From the NCBI GenBank assembly GCA_965209155.1, contig OZ242383.1:3616001-3680000 (forward strand): DNA of 64,000 nt, written 5' to 3'. This DNA is from a bacterium. GTDB lineage: Bacteria > SAR324 > NAC60-12. A program made the translations under genes and the position numbers. The notes below the pieces were generated by a model. That model did not search any database and was not told the DNA's origin. It was given only the letters and a program-made list of their open reading frames with translations. Each line of letters starts with the position of its first letter. The stretch's first letter is position 1. Shown here one piece after another: positions 9,136 to 19,548 of the stretch.

Positions 9136-10866
9136 CTAGTATCCCATTTCCTCCTTCAGTTCCTGATCGATCCAGATGCGGGCATAGACGGGGCCTTCTC
9201 GCATCAATCCCAGCAGGATTTCACCATCAAAACCGCCAACGTAGGGATGCCATACTTGAAAATTCGCATGGGGCAGCAGCGCTGTTTGATAATGCTGCTC
9301 GGTCCAACGCCGGGTGACGGCCTTCATGGCTTTGACAAAATCCTCATGGCTCTTGGCGTTGATTGCGGCGTCCAACAAAATTTCCATGGTGGGATCTTTC
9401 AATAAGTTCCAGGTGCAACAGGCGGTTTGTCTGGGATCGAACTGGAGCGTTGCCCACAAGAGCGGGTCAATATTCACTGCGGCCCAACCGTAGTGGAGTT
9501 CATAGCCTGCACGGGTTTCGGAGATCATCGTCCAATAATCCCCCCACTCCATCTCGATGATCTCGGCCTCGATACCGATCTCGCGAAGATAGCCGGTAGC
9601 GATCTGGAGGATGTTCCAATCCTGTTCCTGCCGCGCGGCATGGACGGTGGTCTTGAATCCGTCGGGATAGCCCGCTTCGGCCAGCAGCCGCTTGGCTCCT
9701 TCCGGGTTGTACTCGTAACCTTCCCGGATATGCTTCGGCAGCTCACTCAAGGGAGTAAAAAATTCCGCAGCCGATTCTCCCAGGGCCGGGTAGATCACAG
9801 GAGGCACATACCCCTGGTAATATTCCGAGGACATCTCCTCGTAATTCATGGCCATCTGCATCGCTTTCCGGACCCTCAGGTCGGCCCAGGGATGGTTCGG
9901 GTCGTCAAACAAATACCCGACGGCCCAGGATTCCAAAACCCAGCTCCTCACTTGAATGTCCGGGTGGGTCTTCTTAAGCTGATTGAATTCCTCGATGTTG
10001 AGCGCAGCGATGTTGCCTTTGCCGATATGGTCGACCTGACCGGTGCGAATCGCGGCCATACGGGTGGCGGTCTCTTTGATGATCAACCAGCGGACCTGGT
10101 CCAGGAAGGGCAGCTGGTACTGTGGATCCAATTCATAGGTTCCCCAATAGTCCGGATTTTTCTCCCAGGTCACGGAACTGCCTTCTTGATAGTCTTTGAG
10201 CATCCAGGCCCCGGTGCCGACTTGTTCTTTCCAATCGGTCAGGTCACCATGTTCTTTCGGGAAGATTTTGTCCCCATTGGACTGCGTGAGAAAAATATTT
10301 TCGAGATGGATGCTGGGCTCATGCTTGATGACCACCGTGTAATCATCTCTGGCCTCAACCGATTTTATACCGTAGGGAGCCCATGTTTGTCCTCCCTTGG
10401 AAGCTTCCGTATAACCCGACCCTAAACCCAAGAGCCGGTGAAAGGAGTACACCACGTCTTCCGCCGTCATTTCTCTTCCATTGGTCGGGGGTCTGTTATG
10501 AAAGCGAATCCCTTTGCGCAGGTAAAACACCATGGTTTCCGGATCCTCTATTTCATAACGTTCGGCCACCCAAGTGGTCCCGCACGCCTTGGCCGCATAG
10601 TCTATCGTCCAGGGACACTCATCCCGGGGTTTGGTCCAGTCGCCAAAACCGAGTTGCTCATAGACGTAGCTGGGTTGCGGATTTAAATCAAGGTGCGGAT
10701 CCCAACTGGTGATGGTATGGCCCACCGTGGTAAACGTCCCTCCATATTGAGGGGTCTTCGTGGCCATTTTCTGGCCCAACGTGAACGTGGGGAAGATCAA
10801 CAGGATCAATCCCACGGCGATCAAACCATAAAATCGTTTGAACATGAAATTATTCAGTACAGACAT
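9136..10866 (-). CDS. ABC transporter substrate-binding protein, family 5 (copy 2)
   Basis: 576 aa, colinear near-identical paralog of 4644..6374. Confidence 0.9.
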   Translation of the reverse strand: MSVLNNFMFKRFYGLIAVGLILLIFPTFTLGQKMATKTPQYGGTFTTVGHTITSWDPHLDLNPQPSYVYEQLGFGDWTKPRDECPWTIDYAAKACGTTWVAERYEIEDPETMVFYLRKGIRFHNRPPTNGREMTAEDVVYSFHRLLGLGSGYTEASKGGQTWAPYGIKSVEARDDYTVVIKHEPSIHLENIFLTQSNGDKIFPKEHGDLTDWKEQVGTGAWMLKDYQEGSSVTWEKNPDYWGTYELDPQYQLPFLDQVRWLIIKETATRMAAIRTGQVDHIGKGNIAALNIEEFNQLKKTHPDIQVRSWVLESWAVGYLFDDPNHPWADLRVRKAMQMAMNYEEMSSEYYQGYVPPVIYPALGESAAEFFTPLSELPKHIREGYEYNPEGAKRLLAEAGYPDGFKTTVHAARQEQDWNILQIATGYLREIGIEAEIIEMEWGDYWTMISETRAGYELHYGWAAVNIDPLLWATLQFDPRQTACCTWNLLKDPTMEILLDAAINAKSHEDFVKAMKAVTRRWTEQHYQTALLPHANFQVWHPYVGGFDGEILLGLMREGPVYARIWIDQELKEEMGY

Positions 10867-11142
10867 AGTTTACTCCTTAAAACACAAATTATTTATACCC
10901 CTCGTCCTTCACCATGAAGAATTCGGATAACTCAGGAATTTCATATTCCCAAAAATTTCCCCTTTTTTACGGGGAACGGGTTAAATTATCTCTGCTGAAG
11001 TGGGAGGTCAAGAAAAAAGTAATCATTGGGATTGACTATTTTTTCTGAAGATTTTAAAAAATACTGAATTGGATACCTCCCATCTCCCATTTATGGAGAC
11101 GGAGGTTGCCTCACTCAAAGATTTGAACATGTTCCACGTGAA

Positions 11143-11464
11143 TCAGGGGTTAAAAACGTGTCATTCCTGGCTTGACCAGGAATCCAGGTGAAAACGGGCG
11201 AAATTTTGGATGCCGTATCATCCAGGTTTGGATCCGGGAACCAGAAAACGAGAATTGAAGTAATGGATTCCGGTTCGGAGGCCGGAAAGACAATGGAAAA
11301 ACTCAGGAGTTAAAAACGTGTCATTCCTGGCTTGACCAGGAATCCAGGGGAAACGGGCGAAATTTTGGATGCCGTATCATCCAGGTTTGGATCCGGGAAC
11401 CAGAAAACGAGAATTGAAGTAATGGATTCCGGTTCGGAGGCCGGAAAGACAATGGAAAAACTCA
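11143..11464. repeat. Tandem 2 x 160-bp REP-doublet unit
   Basis: Units starting near 11143 and 11303 are nearly identical; each has TGTCATTCCTGGCTTGACCAGGAATCC and an inverted partner GGATTCCGGTTCGGAGGCCGGAAAGACA. Confidence 0.85.
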
Positions 11465-11663
11465 GCGACTTATATTTGGAACACAGACGAAGACTTGCTC
11501 ATCAAACGAAGAGAAGCAATCAGGAGAAGACCTGATCGTCTCTCTTTAGTAATATTTCGATGCGCATGTTCTTTGTCCTGTTGAATTGACAAAGATCAAA
11601 TCCATTGTTAAATGGGGAGTATATCCTTCAGAAAACATAAAAATTATCAATAAAGGAGAATAA

Positions 11664-12803
11664 ATGACGAAACGTATTGCTATAATCGGAGATACGCTCG
11701 ATGGTGGCTATGGTCATAACGTGGACCTGGCATTCGTTGGTGTGGAAGGTGCGGAAATCGTCGCCTTGGCCGACCCGGATGAGTCGGGACGTAAAATACA
11801 CATGGAACGTACGGGAGCAGCCAGGGGGTATGCCGATTACGCGGAGATGTTGAAAACCGAGAAACCGGATATAACGGTGATCACACCGCATGAATTGAAC
11901 AACCACCTGCCGATGGTATTGGCTGCTGCGGAAAACGGAAGCCATTCTTACGTGGAAAAACCGCTCGCTGCCACCGTAGACGCGGTTGATGAGATGATCG
12001 AGGCGTGTGAAAAAACCGGCGTTTTGCTGGTAACCGCCCTTCCCTGGAGGGGACATCCGGAGATTCAAAAAATAGCCATTCCACTAATCAAGGAAGGAAA
12101 AATCGGAGACCCGCAATGGGCACGGATTCATGGTAACTGTCCAGCCTGGGCTCCCGAGTATGGAGATTGGGATGTGTTTGGCGGGGACCAGTGGATGATC
12201 GATCTCTATCCCCATCACTTCAATTTCATGTGCCAGATTTTTGGCAAACCTCTCTGGTGCCAGTCATTCCTCACCCAGGGAGGCCGACCGGCTAACCCCA
12301 CAGACCTCACTACGGGTGCCTTTGGCGTTAAAAAAACTGCGGGGGATGGGATTTTAGCCCACTATCAATTTGAAAGCGCAATTGTTGAATTCGTCGCTTT
12401 GCTGGGCACTAACCGTGGCCTGGAACGAGGATTCTCCACCTTGTATGGCGTTGAAATCCACGGAACCGAAGGCACGCTCTATCTTCCCGGCGCGATTATT
12501 GATGGCCCCGACGTCTATTATCATCCCCATACCCACCCTGGTTTGCCCGGTGATGATCTTTGGGAAATCTTGGTGGACAATTCCCTGCCAGGTATGGAAA
12601 AATGGACCAATTCCCATCACAACATGGCCCGTTCGATGATGGACCTGATTGATGGAAAAACCCCGGAATACGAACTCTGTCTCGGACCTTCCGCACGCGT
12701 TGATACTGAAATGGCCATGGCCGCCCGTTTGTTTCACATAAAAGGCGCTCGAATCCACTTTCCACTGGAGGAAACGGGGGATCCTTTTGAAAATTGGTCA
12801 TAA
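11664..12803 (+). CDS. Gfo/Idh/MocA family oxidoreductase
   Basis: IAIIG..GGYGH, EIVALADPD, YADYAEML, VEKPLA, EIHGTEG. Confidence 0.85.
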   Translation: MTKRIAIIGDTLDGGYGHNVDLAFVGVEGAEIVALADPDESGRKIHMERTGAARGYADYAEMLKTEKPDITVITPHELNNHLPMVLAAAENGSHSYVEKPLAATVDAVDEMIEACEKTGVLLVTALPWRGHPEIQKIAIPLIKEGKIGDPQWARIHGNCPAWAPEYGDWDVFGGDQWMIDLYPHHFNFMCQIFGKPLWCQSFLTQGGRPANPTDLTTGAFGVKKTAGDGILAHYQFESAIVEFVALLGTNRGLERGFSTLYGVEIHGTEGTLYLPGAIIDGPDVYYHPHTHPGLPGDDLWEILVDNSLPGMEKWTNSHHNMARSMMDLIDGKTPEYELCLGPSARVDTEMAMAARLFHIKGARIHFPLEETGDPFENWS

Positions 12804-12876
12804 GTCAAGGAGTTACGACTAGAATCCTTAGTTTGCCCTTGACCCCGTCAGACCCCCGACGAAATCAAACGTATCC

Positions 12877-14649
12877 ATGATTCAATCAACGACAAACCAT
12901 AAATTTTGCAGGTTGGGGGTTTGGCCTCATCGATTCAACCGGTTCCTCATTCTTGTCGGCATACCTGTTGTCCTGGCGGGATGTCTCGAGACCCAACTCG
13001 GGAGACCGCCTCTCAACGTCGCGCTGGAATCCAAACCTCTCAGGGTGGATAACCGTCCCTGCACCGGTTCATTCGTTCCTCGTTACTTGTCTCATGACAC
13101 GCTGGCAACCTCCGGCCTTTATGGCTATGTGAAAAGTATCACTCGTGGAATGTCCGGTCGAATCGGATTTTACCTGAGCAATGGGGCTGGGGTAGCGCTG
13201 GCAGACCTGGACAACGACGGTCTCATCGATATAGTCCTGCCGGGGTTGCATGCGCCGACCAGCATCTACTGGAACCTGGGAAGCATGAAATTCAAATATG
13301 AGTCGCTGGATGCGAAATTCGCACGGGCAGTCAACGCCGTCGATGTGGATGGAGATGATAGGTTGGACCTGGTATTCACTCACGTTGCCGGCTCTCCCTC
13401 CCTGTGGCGTGCCACGGCTGGAGCATCGAGACCGGTATTTACACGTGTTTCAGGTGATGAATTCCGAGGCGCTTTCTATCTTTATGCGATGGCATGGGCG
13501 GATCTGGATGACGACGGGGATCTCGATATGGTGGGGGCTTCTTACGATGTAGAACGCAGACGGCAACTCACGAGTTATAATCCGCACCTCACTGACCCCG
13601 GGACGGGAGGTGGAGTATTTCTCTTCACCAACGACGGTGGAGTCCTCACACCCATGCGCCTCTCTGAAAAAGCCACTGCCCTGGCACTGCTCCTCACGGA
13701 CCTGAATGATGACGATCAACGTGACATTTTAATCGGTAATGACTTCCAACCCGCTGATGAAATATTCTTCAACACTGCCGAAGGCTGGATCACCGCCGCG
13801 CCTTTTGCGACCACCACGACCAATACGATGAGTTTTGCGGAAGGAGACATCGATAATGATGGCATAGCGGAACTACTGGCAACCGATATGAAACCTTACC
13901 GCCTTGACGAAGCCACTGAAAATGCCTGGGCTCAAATGGCTGAAAACGAGGAATCCCTGAAACCGGAAGACGGGGTGCAAGTGGTTGCGAATGTCCTGCA
14001 AACCCTTGATCAACGGGGTTCAGGGTTTATCGACCGTGCTGAGCAAGCTGGCGTTGATGCCACCGGATGGAGCTGGTCTGCGCAATTTGGCGACTTGGAT
14101 AATGACGGTTTCCTTGATCTCTACGTCGTCAACGGCATGATTGCCCTCGAATTGTTCGATCATTTGCCAGGTGACGAGTTGGTTGAAGAAAACCAGGCTT
14201 TGCGCAACGACGGAACCGGCCGCTTCGTACCTGCCCCGCAATGGGGGTTGGGAGCCACAGAGAGCGGGAGAGGGATGAGTTTCGCGGACCTGGACAATGA
14301 TGGGGATTTGGACGTGGTGGTCAACAACCTGGCCAAACGATCGCTCATCTTTGAAAACCGTCTCTGCGGCGGTGGCGCTCTGGAAGTGAAACTGCATTGG
14401 GAAGGCTCCCCGAATCGCCGTGCGATCGGGGCGGAGCTTCGCTTAGGTACCGTGAAGGGAGTGATGCATCGTGAAATGCGAGCCAGTAGCGGTTACCTCT
14501 CCAGCGATCCAGCCCGCGTTCACTTCGGACTCGGCAAAATGACCAATGAGGATTTGCACCAGCTGGAGATTACCTGGCCGGATGGACAAGTTTCTCGAAT
14601 CCGCGGTCTTTATCCGGGTGCGCTGTATATTATAAAACGCTCAATCTGA
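12877..14649 (+). CDS. CRTAC1-family protein (FG-GAP repeats + ASPIC/UnbV), probable lipoprotein
   Basis: Repeated D.DNDG..D motifs, AIGA, GYLSSDPARVHFGLG, ITWPDG; LAGC lipobox. Confidence 0.85.
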   Translation: MIQSTTNHKFCRLGVWPHRFNRFLILVGIPVVLAGCLETQLGRPPLNVALESKPLRVDNRPCTGSFVPRYLSHDTLATSGLYGYVKSITRGMSGRIGFYLSNGAGVALADLDNDGLIDIVLPGLHAPTSIYWNLGSMKFKYESLDAKFARAVNAVDVDGDDRLDLVFTHVAGSPSLWRATAGASRPVFTRVSGDEFRGAFYLYAMAWADLDDDGDLDMVGASYDVERRRQLTSYNPHLTDPGTGGGVFLFTNDGGVLTPMRLSEKATALALLLTDLNDDDQRDILIGNDFQPADEIFFNTAEGWITAAPFATTTTNTMSFAEGDIDNDGIAELLATDMKPYRLDEATENAWAQMAENEESLKPEDGVQVVANVLQTLDQRGSGFIDRAEQAGVDATGWSWSAQFGDLDNDGFLDLYVVNGMIALELFDHLPGDELVEENQALRNDGTGRFVPAPQWGLGATESGRGMSFADLDNDGDLDVVVNNLAKRSLIFENRLCGGGALEVKLHWEGSPNRRAIGAELRLGTVKGVMHREMRASSGYLSSDPARVHFGLGKMTNEDLHQLEITWPDGQVSRIRGLYPGALYIIKRSI

Positions 14650-14689
14650 CCCCTTTTAAGAGTTTCCTCCTAATTATTCAGGGTTCTCC

Positions 14690-15331
14690 ATGATCAAGGC
14701 TATTTTCTGGGATTTTGGTGGGGTATTGACCACCAGTCCCTTCGTCGCTTTCAACCGCTACGAAGCCCAACACGGTATTCCCCTGGATACCATTCGTATG
14801 ATCAATGCCAGCAATCCGGACCAGAATGCATGGGCCCGTTTTGAACGGAATGAAATCGACCTGGATGCGTTTGACCGGGACTTTGCCACGGAAGCCCAAT
14901 TGTTCGGATATACTATTCCCGGACGTGATGTTTATGCATTGCTGTTTGGTGAGTTGGTTCCTGAAATGGTAAAAGCGCTGCAATATTGGAGAAAGTATTT
15001 CAAAACAGCATGTCTGACCAACAACATGCGAACCGGGAATGGAAATGCCATGCAATGTTCAATGCGAGAAACTGAAAAATTCAACCAGGTGATGACAAAT
15101 TTTGATTTTGTCATCGAATCCAGCAAAATTGGTTTCCGTAAACCCGATCCGAAATTTTATCAAATCGCCTGCCAACAAGTAGAAGTGGCTCCCCACGAAG
15201 TGGTTTTCCTGGACGATTTGGGAATCAATCTCAAGCCCGCACGGGCAATGGGAATGAAAACCATCAAAGTTTTGAATCCCCGGCAAGCATTGCGGGAACT
15301 TCAATCCATCCTCGACCCTTCTCCGGGTTAA
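14690..15331 (+). CDS. HAD-IA family hydrolase
   Basis: WDFGGVL, LTNN, RKPDPKFY, FLDDLGINLKPA..GM. Confidence 0.88.
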   Translation: MIKAIFWDFGGVLTTSPFVAFNRYEAQHGIPLDTIRMINASNPDQNAWARFERNEIDLDAFDRDFATEAQLFGYTIPGRDVYALLFGELVPEMVKALQYWRKYFKTACLTNNMRTGNGNAMQCSMRETEKFNQVMTNFDFVIESSKIGFRKPDPKFYQIACQQVEVAPHEVVFLDDLGINLKPARAMGMKTIKVLNPRQALRELQSILDPSPG

Positions 15332-15537
15332 AACCCCTGAATTTTTTATATCTCGACCGCTTCGGAAACCAGAAGCGACTTGGCCTTGCGCTATCCGCAG
15401 GTACGGGTTGTGGATCTCAAACTACGCATACGCGTGTTAGAAGATAAGGGTTGATCATTGCTTGAAATTGCTTTAAAACCTTGGGCATCCACCTTTATAC
15501 AGCAGTGGATCCGACAATCATAAATCGAAGGGAAAAC

Positions 15538-16722
15538 ATGGGAGGAATTCTGGAGGGAATCCGGGTATTGGATTTCGGGCGCTATATCGCCGGCCCGTTT
15601 TGCGCAACCCTGTTGGGAGATTTTGGCGCGCAAGTGATTCGCATTGAAAAAGTGAGGGGCAGTGAAGATCGTTATGTTTCTCCAATCAACGACAGCGGAG
15701 AAGGATCGTTATTCATGCAGATGGGGCGTAACAAACTGGGAATGACCCTCAATCCCATGAAAGTGGAAGGTCGTGAAATCGTAAAAAAACTGGTGAGTAC
15801 GGCCGATGTTGTGGTCGCCAATCTCCCCTATGATTCCCTGGTCGCTATGGGACTCGATTACGACAGTTTGAAGGCCAGCAAAGCGGACATCATCTTAACG
15901 ACGGTCTCCGCGTTTGGCTCTGCCGGTCCCTATAGCAACCGGGTCGGATTCGACGGATTGGGACAGGCGATGTCCGGTCAAATGCACCTGACCGGCCCTG
16001 CCGATCATCCAGTTAAATCATTTGTTCCATACGTCGATTATGGCACCGCTTCCCTTTGCGCATTTGGAACGTTGGCCGCATTAATGGAACGGCAAAAAAC
16101 CGGGAAAGGACAGGTCGTAGAAGGCGCGCTACTCAACACAGCCCTCACTTTCAACAACAGCATGATCATCGAACAAAGCGTTATCCAGGCAAACCGGGTT
16201 GGCACGTTGAACCGGTCGCAGAATTCAGCGCCTGCGGATACTTATAAAACCAAAGATGGCTGGGTGCTCATCCATACTTTAGGACAACCCCTGTTTGAGC
16301 GCTGGGTTCGGTTAATGGGTGAGGATCATTGGTTGGATGATCCACGCATGCAAGATGACCAATCACGGGGTGATCATGGCGAAGTGATCAGCGAACGATT
16401 AGCTGCCTGGTGCGCGGAAAGAAGCACTGAAGACGTCCTTCGTATATTCGAGGAAGCCCGTTTGCCGGCCGGTCCCGTACTCACACCCCAGCAAGTGCTC
16501 GAAGACCCTCATGTCCTTGCCTGCAATCTATTCAAGGATACGGACTATCCCGGACTGCCAGGCGCGGCTCCGGTGATGGACACCCCCGTCCGCCTTTCAA
16601 AATCTCCCGGATCCATACGCAGACGTTCACCGACTCTCGGGGAGCATACGGATCTCCTGCTCGCTGAACTGGGTTATTCGCAAGCGGAAATCAATGAATT
16701 GCACCAGAAAAGAGTGGTGTGA
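15538..16722 (+). CDS. CaiB/BaiF family III CoA-transferase
   Basis: LEGIRVLDFGRYIAGPFCATLLGDFGAQVIRIE, RNK, GFDGLGQAMSG, PTLGEHT. Confidence 0.92.
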   Translation: MGGILEGIRVLDFGRYIAGPFCATLLGDFGAQVIRIEKVRGSEDRYVSPINDSGEGSLFMQMGRNKLGMTLNPMKVEGREIVKKLVSTADVVVANLPYDSLVAMGLDYDSLKASKADIILTTVSAFGSAGPYSNRVGFDGLGQAMSGQMHLTGPADHPVKSFVPYVDYGTASLCAFGTLAALMERQKTGKGQVVEGALLNTALTFNNSMIIEQSVIQANRVGTLNRSQNSAPADTYKTKDGWVLIHTLGQPLFERWVRLMGEDHWLDDPRMQDDQSRGDHGEVISERLAAWCAERSTEDVLRIFEEARLPAGPVLTPQQVLEDPHVLACNLFKDTDYPGLPGAAPVMDTPVRLSKSPGSIRRRSPTLGEHTDLLLAELGYSQAEINELHQKRVV

Positions 16723-16749
16723 GGCAGGATCACATCTCAGGAGACCTCG

Positions 16750-17580
16750 ATGAAATTCACTGGCTCGGAAAAGTACTATCTCAATCCTGATTTGGGAATG
16801 ATCGTCAATATGGCGGTGCAAATGGAAAAGCCCTTGTTGTTGACCGGGGAGCCTGGTACCGGAAAAACCCAGCTTGCCTTTGAAGTCAGTCAATCGCTGA
16901 ACATGCCGATCGAAGTACTGCGAGCCAAGTCAACGATCAAAGGAGAAGAAGTTTGCTACACTCAAGACACCGTATTGCGTTTGAATGATGCCCGCTTTGG
17001 TGCGGGTGAGAGCAGGCGCAACGTCAACGAATTCTATGACTATGTCATCTGGGGACCCATCGGGCGAGCCTTTCGCAGTGAAGTCCGGGTGGTTCTGCTG
17101 CTCGATGAAATCGATAAGACAGAATCCGACGTGCAGGACAATCTCCTGGACGTCCTGGAGGATTGCGAGTTCACTATTCGCGAAGTCAACCATGCCATTA
17201 AAACCAACATCCGACCGGTGATCGTTATCACTTCCAATGCCAAACGGGAATTGTCGGATCCCTTTCTGCGACGCTGTTTTTGTCATCACATCGCATTCCC
17301 CAAGCCGGAAGAGATGGAGAAAATCGTCAGGCTCCATTTCCCGGACGTCCTGCAAGGCTTGCTGGAATCGGCATTGAAAATTTTTTACGAATTGCGCGAA
17401 CGAGGTTATGAAAAGCCACCGGCAACCGGAGAACTGTTGAACTGGATCGAAGCCTTGCGGATTTCCGGAGAAATTCCTCTGGATAGCGATAACGTTCCAT
17501 ACCTGGGAACGTTGCTCAAACGCACCAACGATATTCTGGGTTACCGCAATGCTGGAAAATTCCGCCAAAAACGTTGGTAA
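16750..17580 (+). CDS. MoxR-family AAA+ ATPase (CoxD-like)
   Basis: Walker A GEPGTGKT, Walker B LLLDEIDK, ITSN.KRELSDPFLRRC. Confidence 0.9.
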   Translation: MKFTGSEKYYLNPDLGMIVNMAVQMEKPLLLTGEPGTGKTQLAFEVSQSLNMPIEVLRAKSTIKGEEVCYTQDTVLRLNDARFGAGESRRNVNEFYDYVIWGPIGRAFRSEVRVVLLLDEIDKTESDVQDNLLDVLEDCEFTIREVNHAIKTNIRPVIVITSNAKRELSDPFLRRCFCHHIAFPKPEEMEKIVRLHFPDVLQGLLESALKIFYELRERGYEKPPATGELLNWIEALRISGEIPLDSDNVPYLGTLLKRTNDILGYRNAGKFRQKRW

Positions 17581-17589
17581 TCCCATATA

Positions 17590-17685
17590 GTGAATCAGGA
17601 GGTAAAAAACATGTCATTCCTGGCTTGACCAGGAATCCAGGGGATAGGGCGATATTTTGGATGCCGGATCAGGTCCGGCATGACA
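17590..17685. repeat. REP doublet
   Basis: TGTCATTCCTGGCTTGACCAGGAATCC ... GGATGCCGGATCAGGTCCGGCATGACA. Confidence 0.85.
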
Positions 17686-17705
17686 CATCATAATTAAAAA
17701 ATAAT

Positions 17706-18261
17706 TAATCTCATTAAACCACCAGCTCTGCTGGTGCGAACCTAATAGGCTTTGCCGGTCAGACATGAGAAACGTATCCGTGTCCGTTAGCCGTGCTCGT
17801 GAACGGTCAGTGAATTCGACGGCACATTTTGGTTAACATAGAAACAATGCGATGAAGTAACTGTTTCCCTTCGTCAAATAAAGGAGGCTGGATGATCTTC
17901 AACACGTTTAAAACATCGAGAATAGCAGCGCATTCCATTGCGGAACCTCGGGCCAATGCATAGAATCGTTGCTTGTCAGGAAAGGAATTTTTTCCACAGC
18001 CTTCTGCGATATTGAGAGGAATCGACCATGAGGCCCTTTTCAGTTGGTCAACTAAGGCTGAGTATCCTTTTGGCCATGTTTCGATGACTTGGACAGATAA
18101 CGCTAAAAATTCGATGGAACATTGGTATACATCGAGTTTTTCATGATCTAAGATGGTAGCCTTTTTCGTTCACGAGCACGAGCACGTCATACGATGACGA
18201 ACACGTTTTGCCCTCATACTGGGGGCCTCTTCAAGCCACCGGCTCTGCCGGTGGTGATGAC
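17706..18261 (+). mobile_element. Non-autonomous IS200/IS605-type element with four-helix-bundle cargo, copy 1 (556 bp)
   Basis: Shared with 38732 and 48953. Preceded by TAAT; left hairpin CACCAGC-TCT-GCTGGTG, right hairpin CCACCGGC-TCT-GCCGGTGG; ends in TGAC. Confidence 0.85.
17807..18154 (-). pseudogene. Four-helix-bundle protein with start codon ATC instead of ATG
   Basis: Open frame colinear with 49060..49407; in-frame TGA just upstream, so no upstream alternative start. Confidence 0.7.
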
Positions 18262-18335
18262 TATTAAATTATTGATTTTATAAATTAAATTTCAAATCCT
18301 GATTCGCATAATCCCATATAAAGAAGTACTGAAGC

Positions 18336-19529
18336 ATGTTGACCGGTTTTTGCAACTTACTGCGAGATTTCGGAATTCCCATTTCCCTGCATGAAGTGAT
18401 GGATTTTCATCGAGGGCTTGAAAAAGGTTTGGTAAACGACCTGGACGAACTCTTTCTCTATGCGCGTCTCTCCATGGTCAAACGGGTGGAACACATGGAT
18501 TTATTCCAACGGGCCTTTGCTTATTATTTTTATGGAGTGGACCTCCCTGCCGTTGCAGAAGGTGACCCGGAAATATTCAAAACCTCCCAATTTCAGGAAT
18601 GGTTGCGCAATGCCGTTCAAAAGGGAGAAATTCCAAGAAATGCCTACTGGAATATGCCGGCCGAGGAGTTGATGAAGAAATTCTGGGATACGGTCAAAGA
18701 ACAGATGAAAGCGCATCACGGGGGTAACAAGTGGGTGGGTACCGGGGGGACCTCCCCTTTCGGCCATTCCGGGTTTGCAGAACGGGGAATCCGGGTTTAT
18801 GGATCTTCCGGCGCACGCTCTGCCATCAAAGTTATCGGAGATCGCAATTATATCAACTATTCGGCCGACCAAACCCTGAGCGGTGATAATATCCGACAGG
18901 CTCTGGAAAGTCTGAAACATTTAAAAAAAACGGGTCCGGAAGACGAGTTGAACCTCGATGAAACCATCCACCACACTGCTCGTAATGGTGGAGAAATCGA
19001 CTTGATTTTTCATCGTGAACTGAAAGACAAAATAAGAGTGGTGCTCTTGATCGACAATGGCGGCTATTCCATGACTCCATACGTCGATCTCACTCGCCTT
19101 CTTTTTTCCAAGATGCATGCCCGCTTTCGGGAATTCAGCACCTATTATTTCCACAATACTATTTACAATCGCGTTTATCAGGATCCAAGACGGACCAAGC
19201 CTTTTCTGACAAAAGATCTGCTTAAAAAATCGACGAATACGCGAATCATCATTTTGGGTGACGCCAGCATGGCCCCCGAAGAACTGGCACATCCCCATGG
19301 GTCAATCTATATTGACGACCTTCAACCCATTTCCAGCCTGGACTGGCTCAAGAAGTTAAAAAAACGATTCCCTTATATCGTCTGGCTGAACCCCATTCCC
19401 CGTCATGAATGGAATTACGGCGTTTGGACGCTCGACAAAATCCGGGAACTCTTTCATATGGAAGAATTGACGCTGCGTGGTATCAAGCAAATGGTCGACT
19501 ATTTGAACCGCCACTCCGCCGCGCATTGA
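18336..19529 (+). CDS. VWA-domain CoxE-like protein (MoxR partner)
   Basis: HHGGNKWVGTGGTSPFGHSG, ELNLDETI, LLIDNGGYSM, YYFHN, GDASMAP, WLNP. Confidence 0.88.
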   Translation: MLTGFCNLLRDFGIPISLHEVMDFHRGLEKGLVNDLDELFLYARLSMVKRVEHMDLFQRAFAYYFYGVDLPAVAEGDPEIFKTSQFQEWLRNAVQKGEIPRNAYWNMPAEELMKKFWDTVKEQMKAHHGGNKWVGTGGTSPFGHSGFAERGIRVYGSSGARSAIKVIGDRNYINYSADQTLSGDNIRQALESLKHLKKTGPEDELNLDETIHHTARNGGEIDLIFHRELKDKIRVVLLIDNGGYSMTPYVDLTRLLFSKMHARFREFSTYYFHNTIYNRVYQDPRRTKPFLTKDLLKKSTNTRIIILGDASMAPEELAHPHGSIYIDDLQPISSLDWLKKLKKRFPYIVWLNPIPRHEWNYGVWTLDKIRELFHMEELTLRGIKQMVDYLNRHSAAH

Positions 19530-19548
19530 ACCGATTTTTGGAGTCTCC

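Noticed and set aside
8398..10425. Long plus-strand ORFs (335 and 332 aa)
   Set aside because: Antisense shadows of ABC genes; the equivalent of the 332-aa frame is broken in the duplicate copy
11143..11464. Repeats as a CRISPR array
   Set aside because: Only two units, the intervening sequences are near-identical rather than unique spacers, the motif is dispersed and palindromic, and there are no cas genes
17706..18261. 23S rRNA fragment around the IVS-type gene
   Set aside because: Flanks show no rRNA-like sequence; the context is intergenic between protein genes
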